Assembly (NCBI GenBank): GCA_030324005.1
Contig: JARDVH010000121.1
Coordinates: 65,237,835-65,301,834 of the forward strand
DNA: 64,000 bases
Origin: Negaprion brevirostris
Taxonomy: Eukaryota
Reading direction: 5' to 3'
Position 1 is the first letter of the stretch. Every line of letters begins with the position of its first letter. The translations under genes were made by a program, and so were the position numbers. Positions 12,736 to 25,338 of the stretch are shown piece by piece. The notes under the pieces are model-generated. The model was not told the DNA's origin. It saw only the letters and a list, made by a program, of their open reading frames with translations, and ran no database searches.

Positions 12736-14077
12736 TACAACAATCAATTGTAAGGAAAAACTAAGTAGTGGGGAGCTTTGGGAACCATGGGTCCAAAGTT
12801 ACCTGTTCCTCTGATGCTAGGTACATTCACAACACATCATGTTTCAGATTACTCACACAGTGGATCCAAAAATGTTATTTGTTGAAACAAATACATCTCA
12901 TGTGCATCTGAATGAATCATTGCGAACTGCTTCCACTATTTGCCTTGTGTGGGGGGGGAGGAGGGGTGGTGGGGGGAGGGAGAATCTATTCTATATCCTG
13001 ACCACTCACTCTGAAATATAGGACACAAATTTTAACCTGTGGCTGATTGTGAAACTGACATCAGATGCAACATTGGTTTGCATCCTTCTCAATTTTACTC
13101 TCCACTGAAGTAAGTGGGAGGGATATCAGGCAAGGTGCAAACCTTTTTTTTAAAAATCCAATCTCCTTGCTTTCTTGTCTTGCAAGATTAAATTTAACCC
13201 CAATGTTTCTGTCAGATAAGTTTTGAATTTAACCCACTTTTGAGTACAGGACAGGTCCTCAAGGTCCACAGTTGCAGATGAGGTGCATTAGTCGTAACAA
13301 TCTACATTGTCCAATTCATTTAGAATCCGATAAACAGCAATCATACCACTCTTCAACCTGGTTTTATCCACTGAGTACCTATCCAATTTCCAATATTACT
13401 TCTCCAACTCCTGCCCCTCCATTCAGCCTGGTTTGCTTTCTGTGTGTCATAGTCATCATAACTGTACACAATATTCTGCGTATAGTACAATGATTTATAA
13501 CGTAGTAGGTTTGCATCACTATATTACTTCAGTATAGGCTGTTTAATGCTTCTCAGCAACTGATTATTAAATGCTATCAAGCATTTCTGCAATAATTCAA
13601 TTTATTGACAATCAGGACCTGTATAACTCTAATCTTCCACGTCAGTAATAGTCTTTCTTCCTGGATATTTTGGCCCTTTCAGAGCAAATTTGCATTTCTC
13701 TGTATTAAATTTCACCATCTGCCTGTACAATTCCCAAATTCTTCTTTAACTTACCCTGTGCAGCTTTACCATCTTCATTTGAATCTGCAAGTTTAGCCAG
13801 TGTGCTTGTGGCTCTTAACTGCAGATTATTTAGAATGTGTTAAACAAGAAGACCCAAAACAGACGTGTGATCCCACTGCCAATATTCTCCTAAACTGATC
13901 ACAATCCCTGTATCATTTCCCCCTACGTTCAGCCAGCCAGATACCTATTCATTCAAGCAGCAGTCTTTTCAAAGGATCTGAGTTAAGGACTTTCTGAAAT
14001 CCAAGTTCACCAATTCCACTGCCTTATCCCTACTAAGTTCCTGACATGCCCTCAGAGAAAGCCAGTAATTAGTGTAT

Positions 14078-14191
14078 AAGAAAAACGTTTCTTCTCTCTC
14101 TGAGATAATCAATAGATCCGGAGAATGGAAAGGCTTTAGTGACAAACTTTGCTACTTCATATATATTGATAAATCCTTTACAAATTAGCAT
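14078..14191 (-). pseudogene. Partial degenerate copy (pseudo-exon) of DIDO1 SPOC exon sequence 11955-12066
   Basis: About 11 differences in about 90 nt by manual alignment. Translates as ICKGFINIYEVAKFVTKAFPFSGSIDYLRE. The donor GT is replaced by AG and no acceptor was copied. Confidence 0.9.
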
Positions 14192-14329
14192 TAATTCAAA
14201 TGTAAAGGAGATATATTTGTTTCAGCAAATAATGTCTTGTGATCTGTGCCATGAGTGTGATGAGTGTACCATACTTGGGAGAAACAGGTGACTTTGGACC
14301 CATGGCTCCCAAAGCTTCCCACTACTGGG

Positions 14330-14436
14330 AAACGTCAGCTTTTTTCTTTCCTTACAGATGCTGCCAGACCTGATGAGATTTTCCAGCACTTTCTCTTTTG
14401 GTTTCAGATTCCAGCATCCGCAGTAATTTGCTTTTA
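14330..14436 (+). mobile_element. Short Penelope-type pLTR arm with 13-bp target-site duplication
   Basis: Same family as the arm at 63830-63930 (ACAGATGCTGCCAGACCTG...TCCAGCA). Flanked by TCCCACTACTGGG at 14317-14329 and 14437-14449. Confidence 0.7.
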
Positions 14437-14844
14437 TCCCACTACTGGGTATTCCTAGATTGGCAAGACCTGTCTTTCATTAATCCATTTTGGCTATCTT
14501 TTTAACTTTTTATTCAGACTTCCATATTATCTTCAGGAAGGGTTCATTAACTCTGCATGAAATGGAGGTCAAACTCACTGGCTTGTCATTTTCTGGATTA
14601 CTTTTTCTACCTTTATTAATTGGACAGATTTTCAATGCAGAAATATAGGAGCCAAGAAGTCCCCTGAACCACTCAAGTATCTCATGGCTCACAACAAAAT
14701 CAATTGGTGCATCTGAACTCCAACTGTTCCAGTAACTACAGCCTTTTGAATGAGAATTCCAAATATCCAGAATTTGCTGATTTTTCATTGAAAAATGCAT
14801 AGCAAGGAACACAAGATAAACCTCATGAGGCACATTAAAAATGG

Positions 14845-15225
14845 AGCCGCTTTGGGTTCCTGTACTTTGTAAAGCTTTGCCCATACCTGTTAACTCGCCC
14901 CTCAAAGTCATACATTTAAATCCATCCATGGTCTTGCCTCATTCCATCTCAAATTTCTTCCAGCCTTCTAATTCTCCCAAGTTCTCCATATCTCTGGCTC
15001 CCAGGGCAACCGCCACTTCAATCCTTCCCCTTGGCAGCCATATCTTCAGCTGCCTAGGCCCCAAGTTCTGCAATTCCCAAACTCATTTAGCTTCTCTATC
15101 CCTCAAGACCCTCCTTAAAATCCACTTCTGCGACCAACTTTCATCTCCAATTTTCTTGGGCTTCACATCGGTTTTGGCTCATACTTCAGTGAAGTTTTTG
15201 CTGGACTGGTCCTTAGCAAAGGGTG
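14845..15225 (+). mobile_element. L2 LINE 3' end
   Basis: GGCAGCCATATCTTCAGCTGCCTAGGCCCCAAGTTCTGCAATTCC...CTCCTTAAAATCCACTTCT (G.RAFS..GP.LWNS / LLKT.LF-like). Confidence 0.6.
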
Positions 15226-15534
15226 GATATTAATTTGCCCCAATTGGTAGTTAGTCAGAAGTAGGTGTACTTTACAGTTGCCCAGTCTAACTTTGGAATG
15301 GTCATCAGACAATTGAAATATTTGCTTCAAAATGGAGTGGACAACATACAACGGAGATTTACTGGTCTCTTCTTATGCTGATATACCATATACATATACT
15401 GATTGCTAGGGAATGTTTTAACCTTTTTTCAAGGAACATTCATTAGACTGTTCATTGCATTTGCAGCTAGCATATTCCTATCAATCAAGCTTTTTCTGTA
15501 TGGAAAGATCTGTGTTGAACTTTGTCAGCAGCTT

Positions 15535-15950
15535 GACCTAGAGGACCACACCTTCGGAAGGATGCTAGCTTTAGAGGGAATGCAGGATAGATTTACCAGG
15601 ATGATACCTGGACTCCAAAGGTTAAATTGTGAGAAGGAATTACATAAATTATGGCCATATTCCTGGAATTGAAGAGGCCAGGAGATGATTTTATTGAAGT
15701 TTTCAAGGCATTAAAGAATGAATAGAGCAGACAGAAACAATTTCTGCTCACTGGAGAGTCCAGGATCAGGGGCATAGTCTAAAAACTAGAGCCGGATCTT
15801 TCAGGACTGAAATGAAAAACATTTGTACACACAAAGGGTAGAGATTTTGTTAAATCAACTGAATGATTGATATTGTTATCTGAAGACACAAAGGGATATG
15901 GAGCATAGACATGTGGAGTTAGGTTACAGATGCCATGGGATTAAGGGGTT
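15535..15950 (+). mobile_element. CR1 LINE 3' fragment
   Basis: LALEGMQDRFTRMIPGLQRL motif. Confidence 0.75.
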
Positions 15951-16593
15951 ATTACAGAATCCCTATAGTGCAGAAGGCCAGTCAGCCCATTGAATCTGCA
16001 CTGACTCTCTGACAGAGTATCTTACCCAGGCCCTCTCCCTTTTCAGTAGGCTATCCCTGTTCCTATGTTGCATATCTTGTCATCTGCAAAGTGACAACAA
16101 TAATGGTCAAGTCCAGAAGTGTTTTAGCAACTGTTAATCCAAATCTTACGTGTTGAATTTCAGTCATTCGGGGGTTTTAGGATGGAGTTGTAACAGTAGG
16201 CATGAGAACTTGTATTTACTAGGAGTTCAACAGTAAGGGAAGAAATGAGCTTAGATAGGTTATGTAAAACCAACTGGGGTTCCTGGCTCCTGTCCAGTTC
16301 ATTTTACAGCCTTCTCCAGGGCAAAGGTCATCTGGCCTTTATTCTGAATCCCAGTGGTAACAAGTATATTTGTGTTCTACTGACATAGACTACACTTTTT
16401 CAAGAATACAAGTTGCTTCATTCAATTGAGCTGTAACATTTACAAATGCCTGGATGAACTGTTCTGTACTGCAAGTAACACTGGTTCCTGTTTGAGCTGC
16501 TACTCACCCCTATTTGGAATTATTTTGTGCATAAATCTAGCCTGAATATTATGATTGGTGGATTTGGGTTGGTAAAGTAATTCCCTTACACAC

Positions 16594-17128
16594 CTTACTG
16601 TTGTTGATACGGTGTAGCTTTGCTCAGGTGCAGCTGATGGTTTTGACAGTATAGATTTGGGAGCTGCAGATGTCAAAATGGATTTTGATGTCTCCTCCTC
16701 CTTTTCAGCACCAAAAGTTCTCCTCATCACTGACTGAGAAACTGTGGAACCAGCTGAAGATGCTGATAATATAGGCTTAAGGGCAACAGAGGTGCTAAGT
16801 GAAGAACCTACAGTGATGGGTGTTCTATCTGTTGTGGCAGCTCCAGTTTGATTATTTGCTGGTGATACGAAGGAGTTGCTGACAGATTCTGAAGTGGATT
16901 GTGAAGTAGCTGATTTGGTAGCCACAGAGACTACTGGTGGAGTGGGAAGAGGGGTCATTTCCTGGGTTGAATCATGGCTCTCTCCCGGTGCTGAAACAGT
17001 CACTGTTGCTTTGTCTTGCTCTTGCTGACGTCTCACATCAGGCTTTGATTTCATTTTTGGTTCTGTTTTTTTGGTTACCACTTTCGGCTTCTTCGGTATT
17101 GGCTCGTCATCTGACAGTTGAACTTTTC
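16594..17128 (-). CDS. DIDO1: DIDO1 exon (S/T/P-rich linker)
   Basis: cctttag|GA AAA...GTA AG|gtgtgt, 535 nt, phase 1/2, matching both neighbours. Encodes (G)KVQLSDDEPIPKKPK...PKSILSKPS...STTV(R). Confidence 0.87.
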
Positions 17129-18185
17129 CTAAAGGAAGTGTGCAAATGAACAAAGTGAGTTAAAAGTTTGGGATTATCTTTAATACAGATTTGGCTTGTG
17201 TTAGAGCAATTGCTTTTATTCCTTAAATAAATAGCCTGAATTTATGCCTATTTTACTGTCAATATTGTTTCCCAAGCATGTTAGCTCATCTTTTAAATTT
17301 TGTCTCTGCAACATCATTAAAAATGGAATTAGGTGCATTTAAGATTTGCTCATTAATTGAAATTCCACTTTCATTTGGGAGCCAGCAGAGAATTAGAACT
17401 TGAACCATTAAAAATTCTCCAACTTAACATGCAAGTGTCATGGCTACTTTAGATTTGTAGTGAAATGAGGTAGTTGGATAGAATTAGATTCTACTAACCA
17501 CACAACTGCACTTTTAACGCACTGAGTATTAGCTCATTATAAAGCAACATTGTAAACAACGAGTGTAACTTCCAAGGACTCTCTCAGTGGCAGTTTAGTT
17601 GTATATTGTATGCGCTGAGAGGCCTTGCCAGGTGTGTAGAGCCTTTAAGTATAACCCTATGTTTATTTAAACATTTTTAAATTACGCCTCAAACAGTCAA
17701 TTATTTTATATATATAACTGCACATAAGACTCAATAAGCAATTAATTTTAAACAGATTCATGCAAGATACAATCCAATTAAAGTACAAGAATGTTGATAA
17801 GCACTGAAAATGGTTGCATTGATGCCTGCATGACTTATCAACATTCAGACAGTTATGTTGATGTGGAATGCACTGCCTAAAAACAGTGGTAGAAGCAGAT
17901 TCAATAGTAACTTTCAAAAGGAAATCTGATGCATAGTGAAAAGGAAAAACCTGCAGGTCCACAGGAAAGTACAGAGGACAGCAGGACTAATTGGCAGCTC
18001 TTTCAAAGAGTAAGCAGACAGGATAGGTCAAATAGCCTTCTACTGTGCTGTATGATCCTATTCATTTCATTGGTGTAAAGGTGATTGAAGCTGCACAAGT
18101 TTGGTTTTGCTCTCATGTTACCAGTGCAAAATATTGCAGTGACAAGTGTTCGTGATAAATCCTAAAATATTTGAGTGTTGTTCAC

Positions 18186-18315
18186 CTGTACAAATTCTGC
18201 AGTTCAGATCAAATAGGTGAGCTCGGTGTTCATCTGTCGTATCCTTAAGCATGCTGCTGAAGATGTCAGGTAGAGGATGGCTAGTCTTCTGCGCAGGGTG
18301 CGTATCTTCCTGCTC
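18186..18315 (-). CDS. DIDO1: DIDO1 exon with conserved HRAHLFDLNCxIC motif
   Basis: ttccttag|GAG...ACA G|gtgaac, 130 nt. Encodes EQEDTHPAQKTSHPLPDIFSSMLKDTTDEHRAHLFDLNCRICT(G). Confidence 0.92.
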
Positions 18316-19949
18316 CTAAGGAACACACACACTTCAACCTCAATGAAAGACACTGGACAATAGTAAAAATAGAATGACTGACTCACAACTATTGCATATA
18401 AATCCAAATTGTAAACAACTTCAAGCTAAAGTGTGTTTACTGGAGTAGAATGTAGAATATTTCAACAGATTGCACCACACATTTTTTTGACACAATGTTT
18501 TATGATCTTGAAATGGTGGTGGATACAGATTGAATAGTAACTTTCAAAAGGTAATTGGTTCAATACTTGAAAGGAAGAAATTTACAGAGCAATGCGAAAA
18601 AGCAAGGAGTGGGTTCAAGTAGATCATTTGACCAAAGAGCCAGCACTGGTATGGACTTTTTTGTGTACTGCAAGATATTACTTGAGGGAATGTAGCAAAC
18701 TGGAGTGCACTTATAATTTTCAATATTTGTGATCCATTTTATCTACTTTATTCTGCAATGACCAATTAATTGCATTACTGAGTATATCCGGTTCTGTCCA
18801 GTTCCAATTACACTATTGTCCAGTAAATTGTAGGCTGGACAATAAATGTTGGCTTTGCAGGTGACCCTCACATCGTGAAGAATGATGACAGGAAAGCAGT
18901 TACTTATTTTTAAAAAGAATCACTAATAAAAAGTTGAATTGTCTTATGTTCTGTCTGAAATGAGTCAAGCAGCACATACCACTGGTTGAACTTGAAACCT
19001 TTCTTAGTTACATGACAAATGGCACATAATATTTAAAGTGGACATACACAGTTTCAAATAATGTGAAATACAGTAAGCAACTTCATTTGCATCACAAAAC
19101 CCACCCCCAAACAAAAACCATCAGTATTTTTCTCTATCCACTGATCAATTTCATAGCAGCAAAACAGATCACAGAAGGAGCGGAAAATAATATAATTAAG
19201 AAAGATAGCCGTAAAAGTAAAGAGAAACAGTGATAAAGGAGGATTGGATTAACTTCAGGAAAGACCTCCGGAAGTTTAGTCACAGATCACCAAGGGACAT
19301 TCTAGACACCAAACATGAACAGCTGGGAACTGGCAGTATAAAAACTTTTGCCAGAAAACACACGCATAATGTAGAAGGATTTAGAAATTTTTAAAATCTT
19401 AAGATCAAAAGATGTACCTAGTGTGTTTTGATCAATGCTCCTTTTACTACAATGATGAAACAGAACTTGGTTTAAACATGAAAACACAACCTTTCTGCAG
19501 TTTACCGCTAATGATTTCTGGTGAGAATAGTGATCTTTTGGTATTATCAAACATCTTTTGAAATCTATCATGCAAATCTTTTATTTCACTGGCTAAGTCT
19601 TGGTTAGAATTAAGTCACGGTGCACAAGTTCCATTCTCGATCAAAAGCTTTTGTTTCTAAAACAGCTGTATTTTTGTTCAAAATAATTAAATCATTTTCA
19701 TGCAGTCAGAAAGAAGATCCTTTGTATACAGTATTCTTGTAGTTCTGCGAATAGTATGCATTAGCCCTCACAGATGGTGAATATCAGCCTTTTTAGTGTG
19801 TTAGGACAGGTATCTAGATGTACCCTGAAGAACTTCAACTCCCTGTAGATAATTTAATTGGTTATATTAAAGATTAGTTTCTACTGAATGACAAACTCTA
19901 CACTAGAAGTCAGTACAGCCCTGCAGTCATACTAATAGATGCCATGGAA

Positions 19950-21230
19950 CTCAAGGACCATCAGAATCTGTTTGGACTTTGTTGGTATCATCTTTTTCCT
20001 GGGTTGATTGCATGTCCCACTCTGTCCTTGCATTATATCTAGGTCGGCTGCATCCAGTCCATTATATAGGTCATCCTTATTTTCCTACTTCCTTCTCATA
20101 CATTTTCTGTCAATTTCCCCCTTCAATAATTCCCTCCTGTCCACTATAATGTAACCAAAATATTATCGTCTGATGCTCTCCACTAATGTCCTTTTGCTCC
20201 AGCCATTTCCAGTACATGCTCAAGATATATAGAATATCCTTTTATAATCCCATATTCTGAAATGAACTCAGCTTTCTTTGTTGCTCATGTCTGCAAGGCA
20301 TTTAACATAGAAGAAGCAGCAGCTCAATATTCTTTTCCTAAGATTCCATTCAGTTTCTTTGATGTTAACACATCAGTCTGGTCTTGACCATCTCTTTTCT
20401 CCTTTGCATCTCGCAACATCTGTGGTAGTCTGCCCAATGCTTTTTAAATTTTTGTTCATGGCATGTAGGCATCACTGGCTTGTCCAGAATTTATTGTCCA
20501 TCTGAGGGCATTGACGGGCCAACCACATTGCTGTGGATCCAGATTCACATGCAGGCCAGACTAGGTAAGGATGACAGATTTCCCTTCCTGAAGGATATTA
20601 GTGAACCAGGTGAGTTTTTGTGATAATGGCTTTCTGGTCATCATTTAATTCCAGATATTTATTGAGTTCAAATTTTACCATCTACCATGGCAGCATTGGA
20701 ACCCATGTCCCCAGATTACCCTGGGTCTCTGGATTACTAGTCCAGCCTAACATCACTATGTAACCGTCTCCCTGTGTGAACATGTTCCAAGCCTTCTCCA
20801 TTTACTTCACTGTCCATTTTTGGGATTAGGTCTCTGCTCATCATCTTCTCTACATTTATTCTTAGTCCACGTTCCTCACTCCTTGCTTTCACTTAGTTTA
20901 CAATTTCCTGTAGTGCTTCTTCCAAATCTGCAGTCAGTGCAGTGCTATTTGCATTTTTCAAGTTGTTGACTTTCAACCAATGCTGCAACTTGGTAGATCA
21001 TTTATATCTCTGAAGGTAGCTTCGGTGTACAAGTTTGAGAATACATCCCCGAAACACTCCCCTTCTGATTGGGAAGTAGTCTAACAAGCCACTATCGAGT
21101 CTCACCACTACTTATTGATTTAACATAGGTTCTGAATTCCTTCATCATCTAAGCACTCCATCATCTTCTGACTCAGATGTCTTTGCATTCTAAAAAGCAC
21201 ATATAGATGGGGTACTGAACTTCCAGATAT
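19950..21230 (-). mobile_element. RTE-clade LINE RT fragment, split by a SINE
   Basis: Minus-strand translation LKVNNLKNANSTALTADLEEALQEIVN*VKARSEERGLRINVEK resembles RTE NNLRYADDT..LQ..GL.IN..K. Confidence 0.7.
20445..20775 (-). mobile_element. tRNA-derived SINE (second family) inserted in the RTE fragment
   Basis: Shares CCACATTGCTGTGG...GGTAAGGATGACAGATTTCC...GGATTACTAGTCCAG with the 34513-34875 copy. Confidence 0.75.
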
Positions 21231-22024
21231 CTTTCAATTACTACAATCAAATAAAACAGAACTTCCCCTTCCTTCTTTTGGTCTGAATTATGACTGACTA
21301 CCATCTTTCTCTGCTCCTATAGACGGGTTATTTCTTTCAAAAGTGATTATTATTGAGAATTATTGTCCTGTGCTCTGAACACTCTAGGGTTGTTGGTTTC
21401 TTCTGGGGTAGTTTGGTCCAAATTGTAAATACAATTTAAAAAACATTGTCCATCACAGGTTTAAAAAAAAATCAATTTGATGGTTCCAAAATCTCATTCA
21501 GAAACAAAATAATCTGATCCTTGATGTTCAGTTCGATTACAGTTCAGCAGCATGGAGTGTGAGAAGCTTTCAGGACAGGTCCACAATGAAATATTTATCA
21601 ATCTTGCATTCAGGAATACTTGCATAGATTCAGAAATGTATTAAACAATCACAGGTTAAAAGTGATATGTGAAATATTTTATAAGTAACTGGAATCTGCA
21701 TATAAAAGGATTAATGTGTGAATTCAAAATTCATTGGATTAATCTGCAATACGTCTCAACTGCTGTCGTGACTAAAAATGTTCTCAGCAGGTAAATGAGC
21801 TGAGTAGTAGATTACGCATCCCTATGTATCCTAAATTAGTATTGTTGGTGGTAGTAGATTTTGAGCATTGATCATCTGCATCAGTGGTCTACTTTGCCAG
21901 TTCAGAGGGCATTAGAGTTAACTGTGTAGTGTGGACTGGAATAATGTGTAGACTAGGCAAGATAAAAGTGGAATATTAAGACAAATGAACTATCATTGTT
22001 ATGTTAGTTTTTTTCTCATCAGAT

Positions 22025-22332
22025 ATAGTCATAGAGGTTTACTGTATGGAAACAGGCCCTTTGGCCCAACTTTCCAATGTCATTGTCCTTCTTTAAACCC
22101 CTAACCTAGTCCCAATTGCTTAAATTTGGCCCATGTCCCTCTATACCCATCTTAGTCATATAACTATCTAAACGCTTCTTAAAAGACAAAATTGTATCCA
22201 CCTCTACTACCACCTCTGGCAGCTTACTCCAGACACTCACCACCTTCTGTGTATAAAAACTGCCCCTCTGGATCCTTTTTGTATCTCTCCCTTACCTTAA
22301 ATGCATGCCGTCTAGTTTTAGACTCCCCTATA
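22025..22332 (-). mobile_element. HER1/CR1 LINE 3' end
   Basis: Same 3' sequence as copies at 23545-24225 and 24570-24895. Confidence 0.75.
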
Positions 22333-23544
22333 CAGAATGCCAGTTCAAAATGATGGAATATGGATTTTAACCTCTAGATTGCTGCTCCCCTTTTGTTTCA
22401 GATCATAATCTGAAATGCATCGCCACTATATTAGGAATTTAGAGCTTGGCAGTACTGTAACTGAGCATTACTATTTAGTTATTCTTAGATTAAGGGTTAT
22501 CTTAGGGAATACAGATTATATAGTCTACAGTGTTCAATGAATAGTTAATCCTTCGAAAAGCTAATAGTTCTTTTTGGTTCTCAATGTGCCATTGATTTTT
22601 TTCTTAGCCCTACAAAATACGAGGTAATATTGCAGGCTGTGCATTGTATTTTGTAACCAGGTAGTTCATCCACGGTTGTTTGGACCATACAAAGTCATGC
22701 AGTCTCTCAGATTGTGTTGCAGAATTCACAGCAGATTGGCAGAGATTGTCCTTTTGGCTCATGCTGAAAAAAAAAATCGATTTAATTTTGAGAGGTGGAT
22801 CTTGGCCCTGTTTTACAAGTTGGATGCGATCCAATCCAGGATTTAAACTTCTCCCATAAAATCTGGGAACATAAAACTAATTGTTGCATTGCAGGTTCCA
22901 GGTGGTGATAACAGAAGGTAAGTTGGTATTTCTTTCTTCCTTCATTTTTGTCCAACTTTATTTAACTGGGAAGGCCTCTTGTTAATTTTTTTATTTTTTA
23001 AACTTTTTTTTGCTTTGTTTACTTTGATGCAATATGAAGATGGTAAAGACGGGTTCCAAGGGGGTAGGGAAGGGGGTTCCAAAATATTGTAGGTTATGGA
23101 TATCAGAGTATTTTGTCCATATCTGATACAGGCCCAGAAGCAGTAACTGAGCATGAGAAAAATTCCCAGTCTTGGTAGCCTACACTCCACACAAGCTGTC
23201 CCAAAGTTGTGTCATGTGTTGCCCAATGATCTACACATCTGTGTCAAGAAGCTTTCATGTCATCACTGCCATTCTATGTTAATAGGAGATACCTGAAACA
23301 CTTGAAAATCTGCACTGCATACATTTGTAGTGTTAACAGCTAAGATTAAAAGAGACAAAATCTTCATTTGTGCTGTGGGACAGAGGCATCAGCTGGGGAA
23401 AACATACAGTTTTCAAACAATAGCAATGTTCCCTTGCGCAAAGTAAGTTTTATAAGTTACATCAAGGTTTTATTAACTTCATGGCCAGGATACAGAAACA
23501 AAAAATTGGGCTGGGTTTTCCACAGTATTGTTTTAACATTTTCT

Positions 23545-24225
23545 ACAGTATTGGATCATGGAAAAATGCCCTTCTGCCCAACTTGTCCATGCTGCCCTTT
23601 TTAAAAAAATTCCCAACTGCCCTCATTTGGCTCATATCCCTCTATACCCATCTTTCTCATATAACTGTCTAAACAATTTTTAAATGACAAAATTGTACCC
23701 GCCTCTGCTACTACCTCTGGCAACTTGATCCAGAGGCTCACTACCCTCTGTGAAAAAAAATTGCCTCTCTGGACCCCTTTTTTTAATCTCTCCCCTCTCA
23801 CCTTAAACCTATGCCCTCTAGTTTTAAACTCGCGTATCTCCGGGAAAAGATATCGAATATCTAGCTGATCTATGCCCCTCATTATTTTAGATACCTCTAT
23901 AAGATCACTCCTCAGCCTTCTATGCTTCAGAGAAGAAAGTCCCAGTCTATCCAGCCTGTCCTTATAACTCAAACAATCAAGTCCCAGTAACATTCTAGTA
24001 AGTCTTTTTTGCACTCTTTCTAGTTGAATATCCTTTCTATAATAGTGACCAGAACTATATACAGTATTCCAAGTGTGGCCTTAGCAATGTCTTGAACAAC
24101 TTCAACAAGACAGGCCAACTTCTGTATTCAATGTTCTGACCAATGAAACTAAGTATGCCTTCTTCACCACTCTGTCCACCTGCGACTCCACTTACAAGGA
24201 ATATGAACCTGTACCCCTAGATTTC
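23545..24225 (-). mobile_element. HER1/CR1 LINE 3' part
   Basis: ORF QKRLTRMLLGLDCLSYKDRLDRLGLSSLKHRRLRSDLIEVSKIMRG...TRGHRFKV...FFSQRVVSLWIKLP. Confidence 0.9.
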
Positions 24226-24569
24226 NNNNNNNNNNNNNNNNNNNNNNNNNNNNNNNNNNNNNNNNNNNNNNNNNNNNNNNNNNNNNNNNNNNNNNNNNNN
24301 NNNNNNNNNNNNNNNNNNNNNNNNNACTAAGCCCTGTGAGCCAAAGCACCCACCTCACTCTGCTGCCTGCTCCTGACACTGCCCGCTATCTACTGTGGCC
24401 TTGTTTTTATACTCCCTCACTCCCTTTCCAACAGCCCTTGCACCTAGGACCCTCTATGGAAAGCACAAAGGGAAAAAACCCACAACCCAGCAATGTAATT
24501 TAAAAAAAAACACAGAACACTCGCAGTTTACACTCCCCAGCCACCAGTACACTGCTCCAGAGAACAATC

Positions 24570-24895
24570 AATATTTTTTTCCAAAAGGTAGGGGAGTATA
24601 AAACTAGAAGGCATGGGTTTAAGGTGAGAGAGGAGAGATACAAAAGTGCCAGAGGGGCAATTTTTTCACACAAAGGATGGCGAGTGTCTGGAACAAGATG
24701 CCAGAGGTAGCAGTAGAGGCAGATACAATTTTGTCTTTGAAGAAGCAGTTTGAAAGTTACATGGGTAGGATGGTTATAGAGGGAGATGGGCCAAAGGCAG
24801 GCAATTCGGATGAGCTTAGGGGTTTAAAACAAAGGGACGGCATAGAAAAATTGGGCCAAAGGACCTGTTTCCATGCTGTAAACCTCTATGCTTCT
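24570..24895 (+). mobile_element. HER1/CR1 LINE 3' end
   Basis: SVWNKMPEVAVEADTILSLKKQ. Inverted relative to the 23545-23860 copy. Confidence 0.85.
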
Positions 24896-25315
24896 AAGCC
24901 AATTAAGGTAAACAGATTAACATACGACTAAAATGGCAGACATAGTAAGTTCAAACAAGTGGAAGCGTGCACGCAGACTGGACACTGCTTGATCACATCT
25001 GTTTCACTTTGTGGCTGATGCACCCACAAACCGCCAGTGCCTGGTTCTGTGTCAGAAACCATAATGCCAAGGCAAGAGTTCAAACTTGCAATCAGTTTAT
25101 TATCACATGCCATATTCACATGCAAAGTTTGGAATGTTCTAAAGAATGATTGAGAATTTGATAATTGCACAGGCAAATTGTTATTTGGGATAGCAATCAA
25201 GCTGAGTTATTACCAATTGGGGATTCATTGATCCTCATTATTAAATAAAACACGTGTGATGTTTGGGAAGCAATGGCAATGTTGGTAAAGCCTATGGACA
25301 GGACTTGCCGCAATA

Positions 25316-25338
25316 CTCTCTCTCTCTCTCTCTCTCTC
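25316..25338. repeat. (CT)n microsatellite
   Basis: Direct reading of the sequence. Confidence 0.9.

Larger units (their letters stand above)
12420..14830 (-). mobile_element. Old fragmented CR1-type LINE (RT remnants and probable 3' UTR), interrupted by several insertions
   Basis: Minus-strand remnants ENDKPVSLTSISCR (NYRPVSLTS-like), SQNGLMKDRSC (SQHGFMKGRSC-like) and VNLDFRKS (VYLDFQKAF-like). Confidence 0.6.
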
